NCBI RefSeq assembly: GCF_009914755.1
Contig: NC_060932.1
Length of the DNA: 64,000 nt
Reading direction: 5' to 3' (one strand)
From: the human T2T-CHM13v2.0 reference genome, Homo sapiens
Part shown: piece after piece, positions 1 through 17,354 of the stretch
Layout: each line of letters starts with the position of its first letter
Numbering within the stretch: position 1 is the stretch's first letter
The notes under the pieces: generated by a model
The model's input: only the letters and a program-made list of their open reading frames with translations
The model's database searches: none
Told to the model about the DNA's origin: nothing
Made by a program: the position numbers and the translations under genes

Positions 1-54
1 TCCTGACACATATGTGCCTAGCCTGCTTCCCTGGCTACTTCAAGCATTTGCTCT

Positions 55-322
55 AATAGTGCCTTCTCAAGGCCTTCCCTTGCCACCCTATTTGAAACTG
101 CATCTCCCAGCCCCAGCACCTCCGCCCCCTTCCCTTGCCTCAGTTTTCTCCATAGCATTTATCACCTGCTAGTACACTACATTTATTTATTGTGTTTTCC
201 TCCACTATACTGCAAGCTTCATGAGGGCAGGACTTTCTGTCTGTTTAGTTTGGAGAGGAATCGCTGGTGCTTAGACAGATGCACTAGATAAGTACTCAAT
301 AAATATTTATTGCATGAATGCA
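55..322 (+). mobile_element. L2 (LINE2) 3' end fragment
   Basis: Typical L2 3' terminus: ctgcaagcttcatgagggcaggact ... gtactcaataaatatttattgcatgaatg. Confidence 0.75.
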
Positions 323-384
323 TAAAAGATAAATTCTTTTGGAAGAACAGAAACAGAACAGACTTGATTTTCTGGATAAAGGAT

Positions 385-1240
385 ATCATTACTAAAATCC
401 TTCAGCAAACATCATGGCTAATGATGAAATGTTAAATACTTTCTCTTGAAAATTATGAGTAAGTTAAAAATGCCCAATATCCCTGCTTCTATTACAGGTT
501 TTACTAGGGAGTTCTAGCCACTATAGGCAAATGAAGGAGAAAATGGGATTAGGGGAAACAAATTTCTCTTTATTCAGAGATATGATTATTCACATACAAA
601 ACCCTTTAAAGTTATAGATTATTTAAATAAATTATTAGAATTAATAAGAGGGTAGAATAAAAGATGAATGTAAAAATCAATCATATTTTTATATATCTAT
701 AACAGAAAGATGATTTAAGAAAAAACACCATTCACGATGACAGAAATGCGTCTATGAAATCATCAAAAGGCAACAACTTTATAGAGAAAAATTTAATGAA
801 AATTGCTCAACTAAATGTAGAGACATACCATGTTTATGATTAGGGAGACTCACTATTGCAAATTGACATATATATTTAATGCAATTCCAATCAAAATCCC
901 AACAGTGATTTTTGATATATTTGATAACCCAATTCTAAAATTTATGTGGAAGAGCAGAATCCCAAAAATAACCAAGACGCTCTTGAAGATGCTTAAGATG
1001 CTGAGCTAGCCCAAACAATATTGTCACCAAGCACAAAGCTAAAGTAATGAAAACAGTGTGGTACTGGCATTGGTGTAGACAATTTAAAAATGAAATAGAA
1101 AAAAATGTTAGCAGCAAAGCTTATCATAGGGTATGTAGATTCTTGAAATACAATAGCCATGGCATGGTGGATCAACCGGGTCGGGAAAAAAATATAATTG
1201 AATCTCAATCTCACATACTATATATGACATTCAATTCCTG
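385..1240 (+). mobile_element. Old L1M ORF2 remnant (RT to C-terminal region)
   Basis: A-rich degenerate L1 ORF2 sequence; ORF 1047..1241 begins KTVWYWH, matching the L1 ORF2p KTVWYW motif; also aatgcaattccaatcaaaatccc. Confidence 0.8.
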
Positions 1241-1474
<234 letters not shown>

Positions 1475-1476
<2 letters not shown>

Positions 1477-1633
1477 GGCATAGTGGCAGGCGCCTATAAT
1501 GCCAGCTACTCAGGAGCCTGAGGCACAAGAATTGCTTGAACCCAGGAGGCGGAGGTTGCAGTGAGCCAAGATTGCACTAATGCACTCCAGCCTGGGTGAC
1601 ACAGCAAGACTCTGTCTCAATAAATAAATAAAA
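1475..1633 (+). mobile_element. AluS right arm only, fused head-to-head to the preceding Alu
   Basis: tgggcatagtggcaggcgcctataat...actctgtctc followed by (aata)n tail. Confidence 0.9.
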
Positions 1634-2799
1634 TGCTGATAGTAATAATTTTTGTTTGTTTGTTTCACTTATTTTTATTTTTTAGTGTTGTTAATTTCAT
1701 TGGGTATTGTGGGAGGGTGATTCTATGATCCAGTTTCACTTGGCCTTCTTTACTTAAATGTCTTCCATAGCCCCAGTATTAACATTCTGATGCTGGGTCA
1801 CACATCTCTAGAACCTGCTAATACTTATTAGTGTTTTTAACCCAAGAAACTGTATTAGAGACAAATTTCTCTATCACATATTGTCAGGTTGAGACCAAAA
1901 TAGAACGAATTGAGAAAAGAAATATATGCATTTACTTAAGTCTATTCTTAACAACAATATGGAACGTTGGAACGTTGCCTTTGGAGCTCCCCTGAGGAGT
2001 CCACACAATCCACTTTATAATAGCTCTTAAGGATCATTATTTAAAGTCCTCTGTTGATCTGGCCCAACCCTAAGTGTCCTTGTTTTATAAGCATGTGGAG
2101 TTATGAGATTTTGAATTAATCAATTAGTGTTCACTGGGTACCTACTATGTGCTCAACTCTGCACCCAGTGCTATGGGAGAGGCTCTGTTCTCAGTGCCGT
2201 GAGGGACTAGCTAAAAGTATTCGACAGTCTCTGACCTTCCAGAATCTACCAGTTGGGGAGATAAGATGTATTCGCCCAAAACATTGTATAACAGTTCAAA
2301 ACAGGAGATAAATACTCCACTCTGGGCTCAGACTCTGTCTAAAGGTTTGATTAGACTGATTAAATCCATTGGGAAGGCCCTGAGAGGTCATTTTGTCCAA
2401 CTTCCCACATTGAAGCACTCATGATAAATGTCTATTTGTTGAGCAGCCATTGCCGGTCATTAACTGATAACTGCAACTGACACTTTAAAAATGGGAAATT
2501 ATTGGGCTCTTTGTGTGTGAAAGGTTTTTGAACTACCTATTAAGCCAACCAGTTTTCCCTCAGAAGCTTATAAAACTGTCATTTTGAGTCACACTGAGCC
2601 AGCTACAGGGTCGTTGATTGCTACCCTGGTGCAGGGGGACAAAAGTTAACTTATGTTGAGCAAGAGGTTGGCTGCAACGAGCCCCACTACCCTTCTATCT
2701 TCCCTAAAACTTAACATGTACCTGTCTTCCATGAATCAAAGTCGATATTTTTCAACATAAATTTCAGCGTATGTGACAATGCAGTGTAAAAAAAAAGGT

Positions 2800-2972
2800 G
2801 GAACCAGCCCTGGGTTCAGAATCTAGCTCTGCATTTTCTAGCTCTGTGACCTTGTTCCTCAAGTTTCTTATATGCAAAATGGAGCTAGGAAGACCTGGAG
2901 GTTGTCCTGGGGATTCACGTAGTAGTGTGGGGAGACCACAGGGCACTGAGCAGTACTCGGTAACTATTAATG
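2800..2972 (+). mobile_element. MIR fragment
   Basis: ctgggttcagaatctagctctgc...ctgtgaccttg...tttcttatatgcaaaatgg resembles MIR core. Confidence 0.65.
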
Positions 2973-2984
2973 CTCTTGCCTTCT

Positions 2985-3265
2985 TTTGTTTTTGTTTGTT
3001 TGTTTATTTTTAAAGACAGAGTCTTGCTCTATCTCCCAGACTGGAGTGCAGTGGTGCAATCATAATCATAATTCACTGCAGCCCTGAACTCCTGGGCTCA
3101 AGCGTTCCTCCTGCCTCAGCCTCCTGAGTAGCTAGGACTATAGGCAGACACCACCATGCCCAGCTAATTTGTTGCTCTGGCTGGTCTTGAACTCCTGGAT
3201 TCAAGCAATCCTCCCTACTCGACCTTCCAAAGCACTGGTATTCCAGTTAAGAGCCACTGCACCCC
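2985..3265 (-). mobile_element. AluJ with internal deletion
   Basis: Antisense Alu with J-type features (ctgcagccctgaactcctgggctcaagc); linker and adjacent left-arm sequence deleted. Confidence 0.85.
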
Positions 3266-3601
3266 ACTTACTCCCTTCTTTTTGTGAGAATTTTTTTACA
3301 TCTATAGGCATAATGGGGCCCACAAATTTTAGAATTCATTCATTCAGTATTCATTCTAGGATTTCATTCATTAAGTATTTCTAAAACCTTTGCTGAATCC
3401 ATGATATTGTAGCGGTATAGAGGGTAGAGAGAGACAGAGTGATGAGATTAATGAGGTCTTTATGAAGGATGTAAAAAACCAGAGCTGAAGCTTAACGAAT
3501 ATTCAGGCTTTCGGTAGGCTGCAAAGAAAGGAGAGAACAAGGTTGAGCTGGGGCCTCCGTGAGCAAAGTTGAGAAGTGGGAATGAATGTGCCATTCCCTA
3601 G

Positions 3602-3961
3602 CGTATTAGTCTGTTTTCGTGCTGCTGATAAAGACATACCTGAGACTGGGTAATTTACAAAGAAAAAGAGGTTTAATAGACTCACAGTTCTACGTGGCTA
3701 GGGAGGCCTCACAATCATGGCAGAGGGCAGAAATCACATCTTCCATGGCGGCAGGCAAGAGAGAATGAGAGCAAAGTGAAAGGGGAAACCCCTTATAAAA
3801 CCGTCAGATCTCATGAGACTTATTCATTACCACGAGAACAGTATGGGGGAAACCACCCCCATGATTCAATGATCTCCCACTGCGTCTCTCCCACAACATT
3901 TGGGAATTATGGGAGTTACAATTTAAGGTGAGATTTGGGTGGGCACAGCCAAACCCCATCA
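3602..3961 (-). mobile_element. THE1 (THE1B-like) MaLR solo LTR
   Basis: gtattagtctgttttc ... cacagccaaaccccatca is the reverse complement of the THE1 LTR. Confidence 0.9.
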
Positions 3962-3992
3962 CATGGTTTAAGGAGGTGGACAATCTTACTCT

Positions 3993-4727
<735 letters not shown>

Positions 4728-5042
4728 AGCAAGGCAAAGGAATAATCATTTTTGAGAACGTGCTGTGTGCCAAGCACCTTTGCAGGCTCATTTAGGTAAA
4801 TTATTGCACACAGTCCTCCCAACAAGTCTATGAAGTGGATATATGTATCCATTCCACAATTATTTATTGAGCGGCTATAACTTTATTTGCAAGAAATTAG
4901 AAGTTAAACTTGCTAGAGGCCATGCAGTCGACAAGTAGTAGAACTAGAATCCACACCCAGAGCTGCCTGCACCAAGCTTATGCTTCCTCCATCTACAAGT
5001 TGCCAACTCCATATGAGGAATAGTGTATAGATAATTAGAGTG

Positions 5043-5552
5043 TATATTAGGGTTCTCCAGAGAGACAGAACCAACAGAACCAACAGGAGATACATATATC
5101 TAGAGAGAGAGAGAGAAAGAGAGATGATAAGATATTGGCTCACATGATTATAGAGGCCAAGAAGTCCCATGATCTGCCATCTGCAGCTGGAGACCCAGCA
5201 AAGTCAGTGGTGCAGTTTGAAGCCCTCCTGAGAGCCAAAGACCTAATTCTGTAGACTCCAGTCCAAGTCTGAGGGCCTGAGAACTAGGAGTGCCAAAGGC
5301 AAGAAGAAATGAACGTTCCAGCTCACGCAGTCAGAGAATGAATTTTACCTTCCTTATTCTTTTTGTTCCAAGCCTTCAACAAACTGGATGATGTTCAGGC
5401 ACTGGGAAGGGCTAAGTGCTTTCCTCAGTCTACCAATTTAAATGCTGACCTCTTTTGGAAACACCCCAACAGACACACCCAGAAAGAATTTTAACCAGAT
5501 GTTTGGGCATCCCATGGGACAGTAAAGGTGACACAGAAAATTAACCATCACA
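5043..5552 (-). mobile_element. MLT2 (ERVL) solo LTR
   Basis: tattagggttctccagagagacagaacc ... aaattaaccatcaca termini with internal (GA)n. Confidence 0.85.
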
Positions 5553-5759
5553 GGGTATATTACAGTGGACTAGAAACCCAGATAGATGAGTCTATAATTT
5601 TTGCTGCAGACAGAAGCCACTGAATGTCCAGGTAAATAGTAGGTGGTTATTCCAGTCCCCTCTTAATTGAATTATAAGCGCAGTAGCTAGCCATGTACAT
5701 GTACCTCATAGACCGATGATTATAAAAATGGTAAGATATAGTTGCCATTCATCCAGATT

Positions 5760-6140
5760 ATAGGTGACATGGCAGTGGAATGCCCAATCCTATACTGCAT
5801 CCCGTATTGGCAGAAAGAGAAATGTTTTATAAAGCACATTATTGGGCTGATTGATGAAACTGGAATAAGGATAGAAATTTGATGAAAAGTATTCTATCAA
5901 TGTGAAATTTGCTGAACTTGATTACTACGTTATGGTAAAATAATAGAATAGCCCTATTCTTAGGAAATAAACACTGAAATATTAATGGATAAGGGCTGAA
6001 TTGAATGCCACTCATTCTCAAATGGTTCAGAAAAATTTTATGAATATATGTATACATACATAGAGAGAGAGAGACTATTCCTATACTTGCAACTTCTCTA
6101 CAAATTTTCAGTTATTTCCAAATAAAAAATTTCAAAAAGA
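5760..6140 (+). mobile_element. L1ME-type 3' UTR fragment
   Basis: atcaatgtgaaatttgctga...ttcttaggaaataaacactgaaatatt...ccaaataaaaaatt. Confidence 0.7.
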
Positions 6141-6831
6141 ATGATATGATATTTATGGCCACTTTTATTTTTAAGATTTAGGAATTAGTGCCTTGGTCAA
6201 ATATCTAAGGCCTAAGGATGAATTACTTTTTGAAATAAAAATCTAGTATAATACTTTTTTCTTCTTTAAAAAAAATCAAATGTGTTCAGGATGCAGAAAG
6301 AAAGAGGAATTTAATTAGCACCTAGTGTGTTCTAGGCCCTTTACCAAATGTTCTCAATCTTCCAAACACGCCTTCAAAGTGGATTTAATCCCCATTTTTG
6401 AAATCATGAAACTAGGTTCAAAGGACTCAAAGTTTCTAAGGTAAGTGGTGAAACTGCATTTGAATCCAGGTTTATTGAACATTCATAATGTCAAGTTGAA
6501 TGCTCATCACTAAATATAAGGTATGAGAATATCACAATCATCTGATTATTCATAGGTAAAGTGAAAGTGCATTTGTATAAAACATATTACCTTTGATATT
6601 GAACAAATGCTGGACAATATCCACCCTTTTCCTGGGGTCATAGTTAGGATTATTTGCCATTGTTTTACAAGGTGTCCCTTCTGAAGCTTTGATGAATGAG
6701 GTAAATCACCAACTAAAGCAGCTGAGTCACAAAGCCAAGGGAGTTCTAGCTCCAGCAGAAACTCCCAGCAGGAACCTCACCTGCTAACGGGTGGCTCACC
6801 CACCCATTAGATCCCAACCATCACTCTGCAT

Positions 6832-6877
6832 CACACACACGTGCACATGCACACGTATGCACGTGCACGCATACACA
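6832..6877. repeat. Alternating purine-pyrimidine (CA/TG/CG) tract
   Basis: cacacacacgtgcacatgcacacgtatgcacgtgcacgcatacaca. Confidence 0.8.
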
Positions 6878-6915
6878 ACACCCTCCATGTGTACTGCACT
6901 TAGTCCCTTACTCCC

Positions 6916-7432
6916 TGTATTCATCAGGGCTTTCCAGAAAACTGAACCAATAGAATATCTATAGATGTATAGAAAGACTTATTATGAGGGCTTGGCTCAC
7001 ACAATCACCGAAGCCAAAAAGTGTCATAATTTGCCATGTGCAAGCTGGAGGCCCAAGAAAGCCAGTGGTGTCCTTCCAGTCCAAGCCCAAAGGCTGAGAA
7101 CCAGGAAACTGACAGTGTAAGTCCCAGTCTGAGGTGAAAACCCCCAAACCAGGAGTGCTGATGGCCAGGGGCAGGAGGAGATGGACGTCCCAGGTCCAGA
7201 AGAGAAAGTGATTTCCTCCTTCCTCTGCCTTTTTGTTCTATTTGAGCCCACAACAGACTGGATGCTGCCCACCCATATTGGTGAGGGTGGGTCTTCTTTA
7301 CTCCATCTACTGAGTAAAATGGTAATGTCTTCCAGAAGCACCCTCAACAGACATGCCTAGAAACAATGTGTTACCAGCTATCTAGGCATCCCTTGGCCCA
7401 GTCGACTTGACACATAGAAGTCAACCAACACA
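6916..7432 (-). mobile_element. MLT2 (MLT2C/D-like) solo LTR
   Basis: tgtattcatcagggctttccag ... tcaaccaacaca; 5-bp TSD ctccc/caccc. Confidence 0.85.
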
Positions 7433-8729
7433 CACCCTACCCACCCAAACCTATACACTCCCAGCTGGAGACACTGTCCTTCCCACCCCATCAGCACCTG
7501 TTATCGAGGGCCACAGGAGCTCAGTCCATAGTGACTCAGGACCACCCAGTGTCCCATCTCCACAGGTAATTTCACCCAACAATGCACTTCACCGATTCCA
7601 TTTCCTTTGTCGCTTTCTCCACTGTGATTCCAAACAGACTTAAATGATGTTAAACCAGGCTAAGAGTGTGTTTGGAGGGAAGATAGAATAGAATTGAATG
7701 TAAGAAGTGTCAGTTATCACAGACTTGAGTTCATCTTTTCCCTGCCACGGTGGCATTTGAAATTTTTCTATTACTCATTTAGATTCCAATCTCTGAGCTT
7801 CCCTCTTCTTTCTTCCAGCTTCTAAGTCAAAGAGATTTTTCTCAGCAAAATAACCCTTCAGTTACTACCAGGGACAGACTGGTATGTGGGCTAGAACAGA
7901 TGTACAAGACAAGCTTTACAGGCATTTTAAAGGGTTCAGTGTCAAGATAAAATTTATCTAATACGGCATTTCCTCTGAAGTGCAATTTATTATCCCTTAG
8001 ATGTTGAACCCCTTATAAATATTAGATTTCCTTTTTTCACAAACCCTGTGTGTTATTTTACCCTTGGTTCAGGATGGGCTTTGAAATTAGATTGACTTGT
8101 TTCATTTCTGTCTGTCAATTCCCTTTCTTTACTTCCAATTCTATTTTTTTTCCCTTTGCCTTGAAATGCAATGTATCTTCTAACACTTTGAAAAACAATG
8201 TTGATTAGAATTTGCCACTTTTGTGGAAGCTGTTTGTTCCAAAGTGCCTTTCAGCCCATCCACATTCATGAAGTGCCTCCTGGTGAACCCACATCCTAGG
8301 AAAACTGATGGTGACCGCAGAGTCACCGTGTGTGTGCCCGCTTGTGACAGTATCTCTGATATCATGAGGCCTTTGCTGTGGCTAAGGGAAGAAACCCAGT
8401 TCCTTCTAAAGTTATGAAGACCAACGATCATAGAATATTAGAGCTCAAAGCTGTCATCCTTGTCAGCTGATTCTACGGTAGCAACACCAAGGAAAAGAGT
8501 CGTGGTCACAGAGCGTGATCCCAGAAAAGGATGATGGGGTCTTGACCCACAGAGGACGCCAGGTCATATCACAGTAGCATGTCCAAACAGGTTGACCCAG
8601 CCAGGACCTCCTGTGGTAGGAATTAGAAACCCCAGCTCATTACCCACGGATGTCAGAGATCAGGGGGAGATGCATGAAGGCGCAGTGGCTGAGAAAAGCA
8701 CACCAGAGGGTAGTTGAAGCAAATGCTGG

Positions 8730-9245
8730 AAATGTGCGCATGGCCTCCGCGGCTTGTGTTCTCTTTACAATGCCTTGGAAGGGGCAGAATTCAGAGACCT
8801 TCAGCCTGATTCGCGTGCTCCTCGTGAGGCATTCTGTGGCTTCCCCAAATGAAATTAATCACTGGCTCCCGATACTCCGGCAGCACTTTGTTGCCTTATT
8901 TACAGCCCTTGAAATAATGGATGTGGAAGTGCTTTGTAAGCTGAAAAGCACTGTACAAATGTCAGATGTTGGGAGTTTGGCAGGGGAGCAATAGATAATG
9001 CATCTCTTCCATTCCTGAGTCAGGGAGCGATTGAGAGCGAGGCACCGGAGCTAGCCAGACGGAGGGCGACAGTCAGGCTGATGACGGATAGCAGCTGGCT
9101 CAGATCACAGCCCCCCTGAACTCGCCCACACTTCGCCCAGAATTCAACGGATCCACCCAGCCAAGGCCAATTGCACGCACACTGGAGACAGGCTGAGGAA
9201 GGAGTCCAAGCCCCTGGGGGTCCTGGGCGGGGAAGCAGAGCGAAG
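8730..9245. promoter_or_regulatory. Candidate enhancer: CpG-retaining patch with TEAD+AP-1, E-box, CCAAT and GC-box motifs
   Basis: About 20 CpGs outside any Alu; CATTCC 9010-9015 abutting TGAGTCA 9016-9022; GGGCGGGG 9225-9232. Confidence 0.4.
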
Positions 9246-9706
9246 CCAGAAAGACAGAGGGAAACAGGAAGGATGAGCACAGAGGGCTTCCTGTGCTTCA
9301 TGCTGTACACATAGTGGGCCTGGGCTGATGCCGAGGACATAGAGATAAATGAGGCCTCAGGGAGCTTATCATCTAGTAGACATTGTTAACAGTCTAAATG
9401 GGATAGCCATAGAAGCATGAGGAAGGGTGAAATTCATCCAGCCTGGGTGAGCTGGGGAAGGTTTCACAGAGCGGCTGATAATTGAATTGGCTTTTGGAGT
9501 ATGAGTAAAAGCTCACCCGATGTAGAAGAGAAGGGAAAGGAAGCAGCAGGACAAACAGGAAAGCTCACACCCTTGCTGGAGTGAAATAGACATGAATAAA
9601 TGAACACACAAAGGCATGTGAATATACAAAAATATATACCATCCTATCTGAGTTTTCTATACACCAAGATTGAAGTTCAAATTCAGAGTAATATCCATGC
9701 TTTTGG

Positions 9707-9895
9707 GGCCTGACGTGGTGGCTCATGCCTGTAATTCTAGCGCTTTGGGAGGCTGAGGCAGGAGGATTGTTTGAGGCCAGGAGTTGGAGGCTGTGGTAAG
9801 CTGTGATCGAGCCACTACACACTCCAGCCTGGGTGATAAAGCAAGACTCTGTCTCAAAAAAAAAAAAAAAAGAAAGAGAAGAAAAAGAAAAAAAG
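9707..9895 (+). mobile_element. Monomeric Alu (FRAM/FAM-like or arm-recombined AluJ)
   Basis: Left-arm-like start running directly into right-arm end, then A tail; flanks ccatgctttt / ccgtgctttt. Confidence 0.8.
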
Positions 9896-10889
9896 CCGTG
9901 CTTTTTATCTTAAGAAAAAGCCAAACAGTTTTGTTTTCTAATCCTACTTTACCATATTTCATGAGACTTTTGGAATTTGCTTTACTGCACAACTCAATCG
10001 GAAATAGAAAATAAGAAGAGATACTGTTCCTACTCCTGTTTCTTGGAACATTAGACATTGACATAATAAACAGTAACACTTATTAAAATCTCCTTTCATC
10101 TCCTTTCTGTCCTGTTTACTTCTCTCACAGTCTAAATCTGATCAGAACCTCCCTCCTTAACAAGCCCCCTCCGAAACAAATAAAACCTTCTTCAGGTAGG
10201 GGAGGGTAATGCCTCCACCTTAATCACTGTGTCCTAACTTAGATGGTTGCAACACATCTGAGATATGTGATATAGATGAGCTATGTAGATGAGAATATGA
10301 ATTCCCATTCAATACATAGAAAATTTGTGGTTATTCGAGAATAAAATCCACATCCAAACATATTTCCCCCAGGTCTCGGATATTGAAAAGCAAAACATGT
10401 GGGCTGCTTTCCTCCAAGTTTAAGTTTTTAGAATCCTCTTACATGCATTTGTCAGAGTTATATTTTTGAGCATCTTCCTTGGTCCTAGGGAATGGAATTG
10501 CATCCATCTGTTATCTCAACTTGAGCTTTCCCAAAGCCTAAGGACGGTCCTTGCCTGTAAACTCCAAGATGTCATTTTCTCTGTTTCCATCACACCCACT
10601 TCATCAGTCGCTTTCCCTAATTCTCAGGGAGCCCCAGAGCATGTGCCCTTCCCCACCTTGCCTTACTCAGCCGCTCCTGGACTGTCTGTCCAACCTCATG
10701 ACTCAGCCGGGCTTCACACCAGCGCCCTCAGCAAACAAACACCAATTGGAACTCTTGACCAGAATATTTCTAAATGTCAGCTTGTCCTCACCCTCCACGC
10801 AGCTGTTGCTTCTGTTCCCAGGAGCCCATTATTCCACATGGTTATGACTCAGGGCACTGAATCGCTTAAGAAAAAGAAAGTATCTGTAA

Positions 10890-11576
10890 CAAAATGACAA
10901 GGAATTGATATATTTAACATAGTGAAAGATAACACACAAAAAAACCATGAAGACCCTCCATCAATAAGTGGATAAACGATTCCCCAAAATTAACTATAAA
11001 TGATTAACAAACTCCGGTGAAATGTTCACCCTTCCAAGTAATCAAAGCAATATAAATGGAAACAATGATAAGATAAAATTTGATAACAGAGGTATTTAAA
11101 AGATAATAAACAATGCTGTCAAGGCTTAGGAAGACAGATATTCTCACACACTTCTGCTAAAGTGGAATAATCTTTGATGAAAGCAATTTCAGTGTATACA
11201 CTTCCAATTTTAAGAGTCTAACATAAGGATAAAATAAGAATAAAAATATATACACAAGGATACTCATCGTTATTTGTATTAGCAAAAAAAAAAAGTGATA
11301 GCCTTAACATCTATTTTTGGACAAATGGTTGAATAAGTTCTTACTGATTATGCTGATAAAGATTTTAATGCATAAGAAAATACATATTTATGCATGTGTC
11401 ATATAATTATGGAAATACAGGTAGATAAGCAGAGAAAAAAATGAAAGGGAATACACTGACATATTAACAATTATTTGAGTTTAAATGACGAAACTATGGG
11501 TGATCTTTTACCTTAAGTTTCTTATGTTGTTCAAATTTTCTCTAATAAGAATGTGTTATGTCTATAGTAAAGTGCA
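10890..11576 (+). mobile_element. Old L1ME-type ORF2 end / 3' UTR remnant
   Basis: aaatgttcacc...gtaatcaaagcaat, ttctcacacact..., caaatggttgaataa, aaattttctctaataagaatgtgtta. Confidence 0.65.
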
Positions 11577-11586
11577 GACATTTTTT

Positions 11587-15340
<3,754 letters not shown>

Positions 15341-15466
15341 GACATTTTTTAAAGGTATTTGTATTGGAAATCAAAAGTCCTGCTTACTAGTCCAAGTTTT
15401 AAAAGAGTTATCAAGCTTTGTGTAATTCATGTAATCTTTCTGAGCCTAATTTTTCTATTCCAAAAG

Positions 15467-16090
15467 TGTGGTGGCTTTGTAATGTGTCAACTTGAGAAGA
15501 GGGAACTGGTTCCTAAAATTCATTTGTTTGTGAATTCCCAGCTGGGGCAGGTCTCGGAGATTGGGAGGGTAGAGGTAAGGCTGCAGCCATGTGGTTCTCA
15601 CTCTCAGCAGGCAGGTGCAGGGGATTAGGCAGCTCCCACATGTTGTCACTCACCTGCTGGCTCAGTTGGATCCGGTGAGACAGCAATCAGTCCTCAAGCT
15701 GCTTCCCCTTCTCTCACATCCCCATTCGTCTTCTCCAAGTCCTGAACCAAGCGTATATTTACTTCTGTGATCAAGAGTGCCAGCTCCTCCTGCAGGACAC
15801 CCACACCATCAAGGCCAAGGGCAACAAGAACTGACACAGGTTCAATCCATCCTTAAGGACTCCAACTTGTGCCTCTGGTTCCGTCTCATCCTGACTCTCC
15901 CCCAATTTACATATATCTTCCTTGTCCACCCTGCAGGACTCAAACCCCAGGATCAAGCACTAAGAAAACAGCCAGAGAGAGACTTTTCCAATCACCTCCC
16001 ACAACTGGGTAAGGTCAAATCCTTATAATACATAATAAATAAGCGCATACCTAGCGGCCATGCTTCTCCAATTGAACCATGACTGATATA
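15467..16090 (+). mobile_element. MLT2F-like ERVL solo LTR
   Basis: tgtggtggctttgtaatgtgtcaacttg start; aataaa then gaaccatgactgatata end. Confidence 0.7.
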
Positions 16091-16837
16091 AGAAAGACGT
16101 GGGACTTATTTATTCAAGTCCATGTTTCCATCCAGCCCTGAATTAAGACATGGGGATTTATTTATTAAAGTGTAAGTTTCGTTCCAACCCTAAACTAGAG
16201 CATTTTAAAGTAAACTCAAAGTCTCTCTACATCCGTAATCAATAGAAAATCCAGAGACACATCCACTCTACACAAAATTAACAACTGCTGGTTGGACAGT
16301 TCAGGGGGAGGTGCCAAGCACACATGGGTATCACCCCTCCTCCCGAAATCCCATGAAAAAGATGACAAAAAGAATTTGAAAGGTATAAACACATAAGAGT
16401 CAAGAGAATGGCAGGAGAGCTAACAGTAGGTAAAGAGTTTTAATGGACTGCTAGAAGACATAAAGCAGATGGAAGAATGATGAGAAATAAAGGGAAAAGA
16501 AGGAAAGTCAGCCTGGAATATAAACGAAGGGGCTGCATGACCTGAAAAAACTCTACTCTGTACTCTGAGATAGCAGGTGACATGAGGCAGTGGTGTGAGA
16601 AGTGGTGCTGAGGAGTAATTGAAGGCCTGCAGATGGAGCATGTAGACAGCCCAACCTCCAACTCTTCCCTACCACAGCGCACAAATCTGCCGTAACCGGG
16701 AACTTCTCCTACCAAAAATTGAGGACAGTTGATTTTCTCTTTCACTTCTTTTTATTGTGATAAAATACACATAACATAAAATTCATATTCTTAACTATTT
16801 TTAAATGTGCAGTTCAGTCGTGCAGGTCAGTGTTTTT

Positions 16838-17135
16838 GGGTTTGTTGTTGTTGTTGTTTTTGAGACAGGGCCTTGCTCTGTCTCCCAGTGCATTGGCACA
16901 ATCATAGCTCACTGTAGCTTCCACCTCCCAGCTAAAGCAATCCTCCCATCTCAGCCTCCCAAGTAGCTGGGACTCCAGGTGTGCATCACCACGCCTGACT
17001 AATTTTTTTTTTCTTTTTTTTTGGAGATGGGATCTCACTATGTTGTCCAAGCTGGTCTCAAACTCCTGGCCTCAAGCAATCTCCCCTCCTCAGCCTCCCA
17101 AAGTGCTGGGATTGCATGAGTCACTGTACCTGACC
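16838..17135 (-). mobile_element. AluJ
   Basis: Antisense dimeric Alu with (ttg)n tail; flanks caggtcagtgtttt / cagttcagtgtttt. Confidence 0.9.
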
Positions 17136-17179
17136 CCAGTTCAGTGTTTTAAAATATACTCATAATGGTTTTTTGCAGG

Positions 17180-17354
17180 TTTTTTTTCTTTTTCTTTTAT
17201 TTATTTTTTATTTTTTTTTTTGAGATGGGGTCTCTCTGTCACCCAGGCTGAAGTGCAGTGGCAGGATTACAGCTCACTATAGCCTCAAGTGATCCTCCCA
17301 TCTCAGCGTCCCAAGTAGCTAGGACTACAAATGCATGCCACCACACCCAGACAA
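17180..17354 (-). mobile_element. AluJ right-arm/FRAM fragment
   Basis: T-rich tail and antisense right arm only. Confidence 0.8.

Noticed and set aside
8571-8595. p53 response element (tagcatgtcc aaacaggttg)
   Set aside because: The second half-site breaks the CWWG core; other p53-like hits (e.g. near 36383) are lone half-sites.
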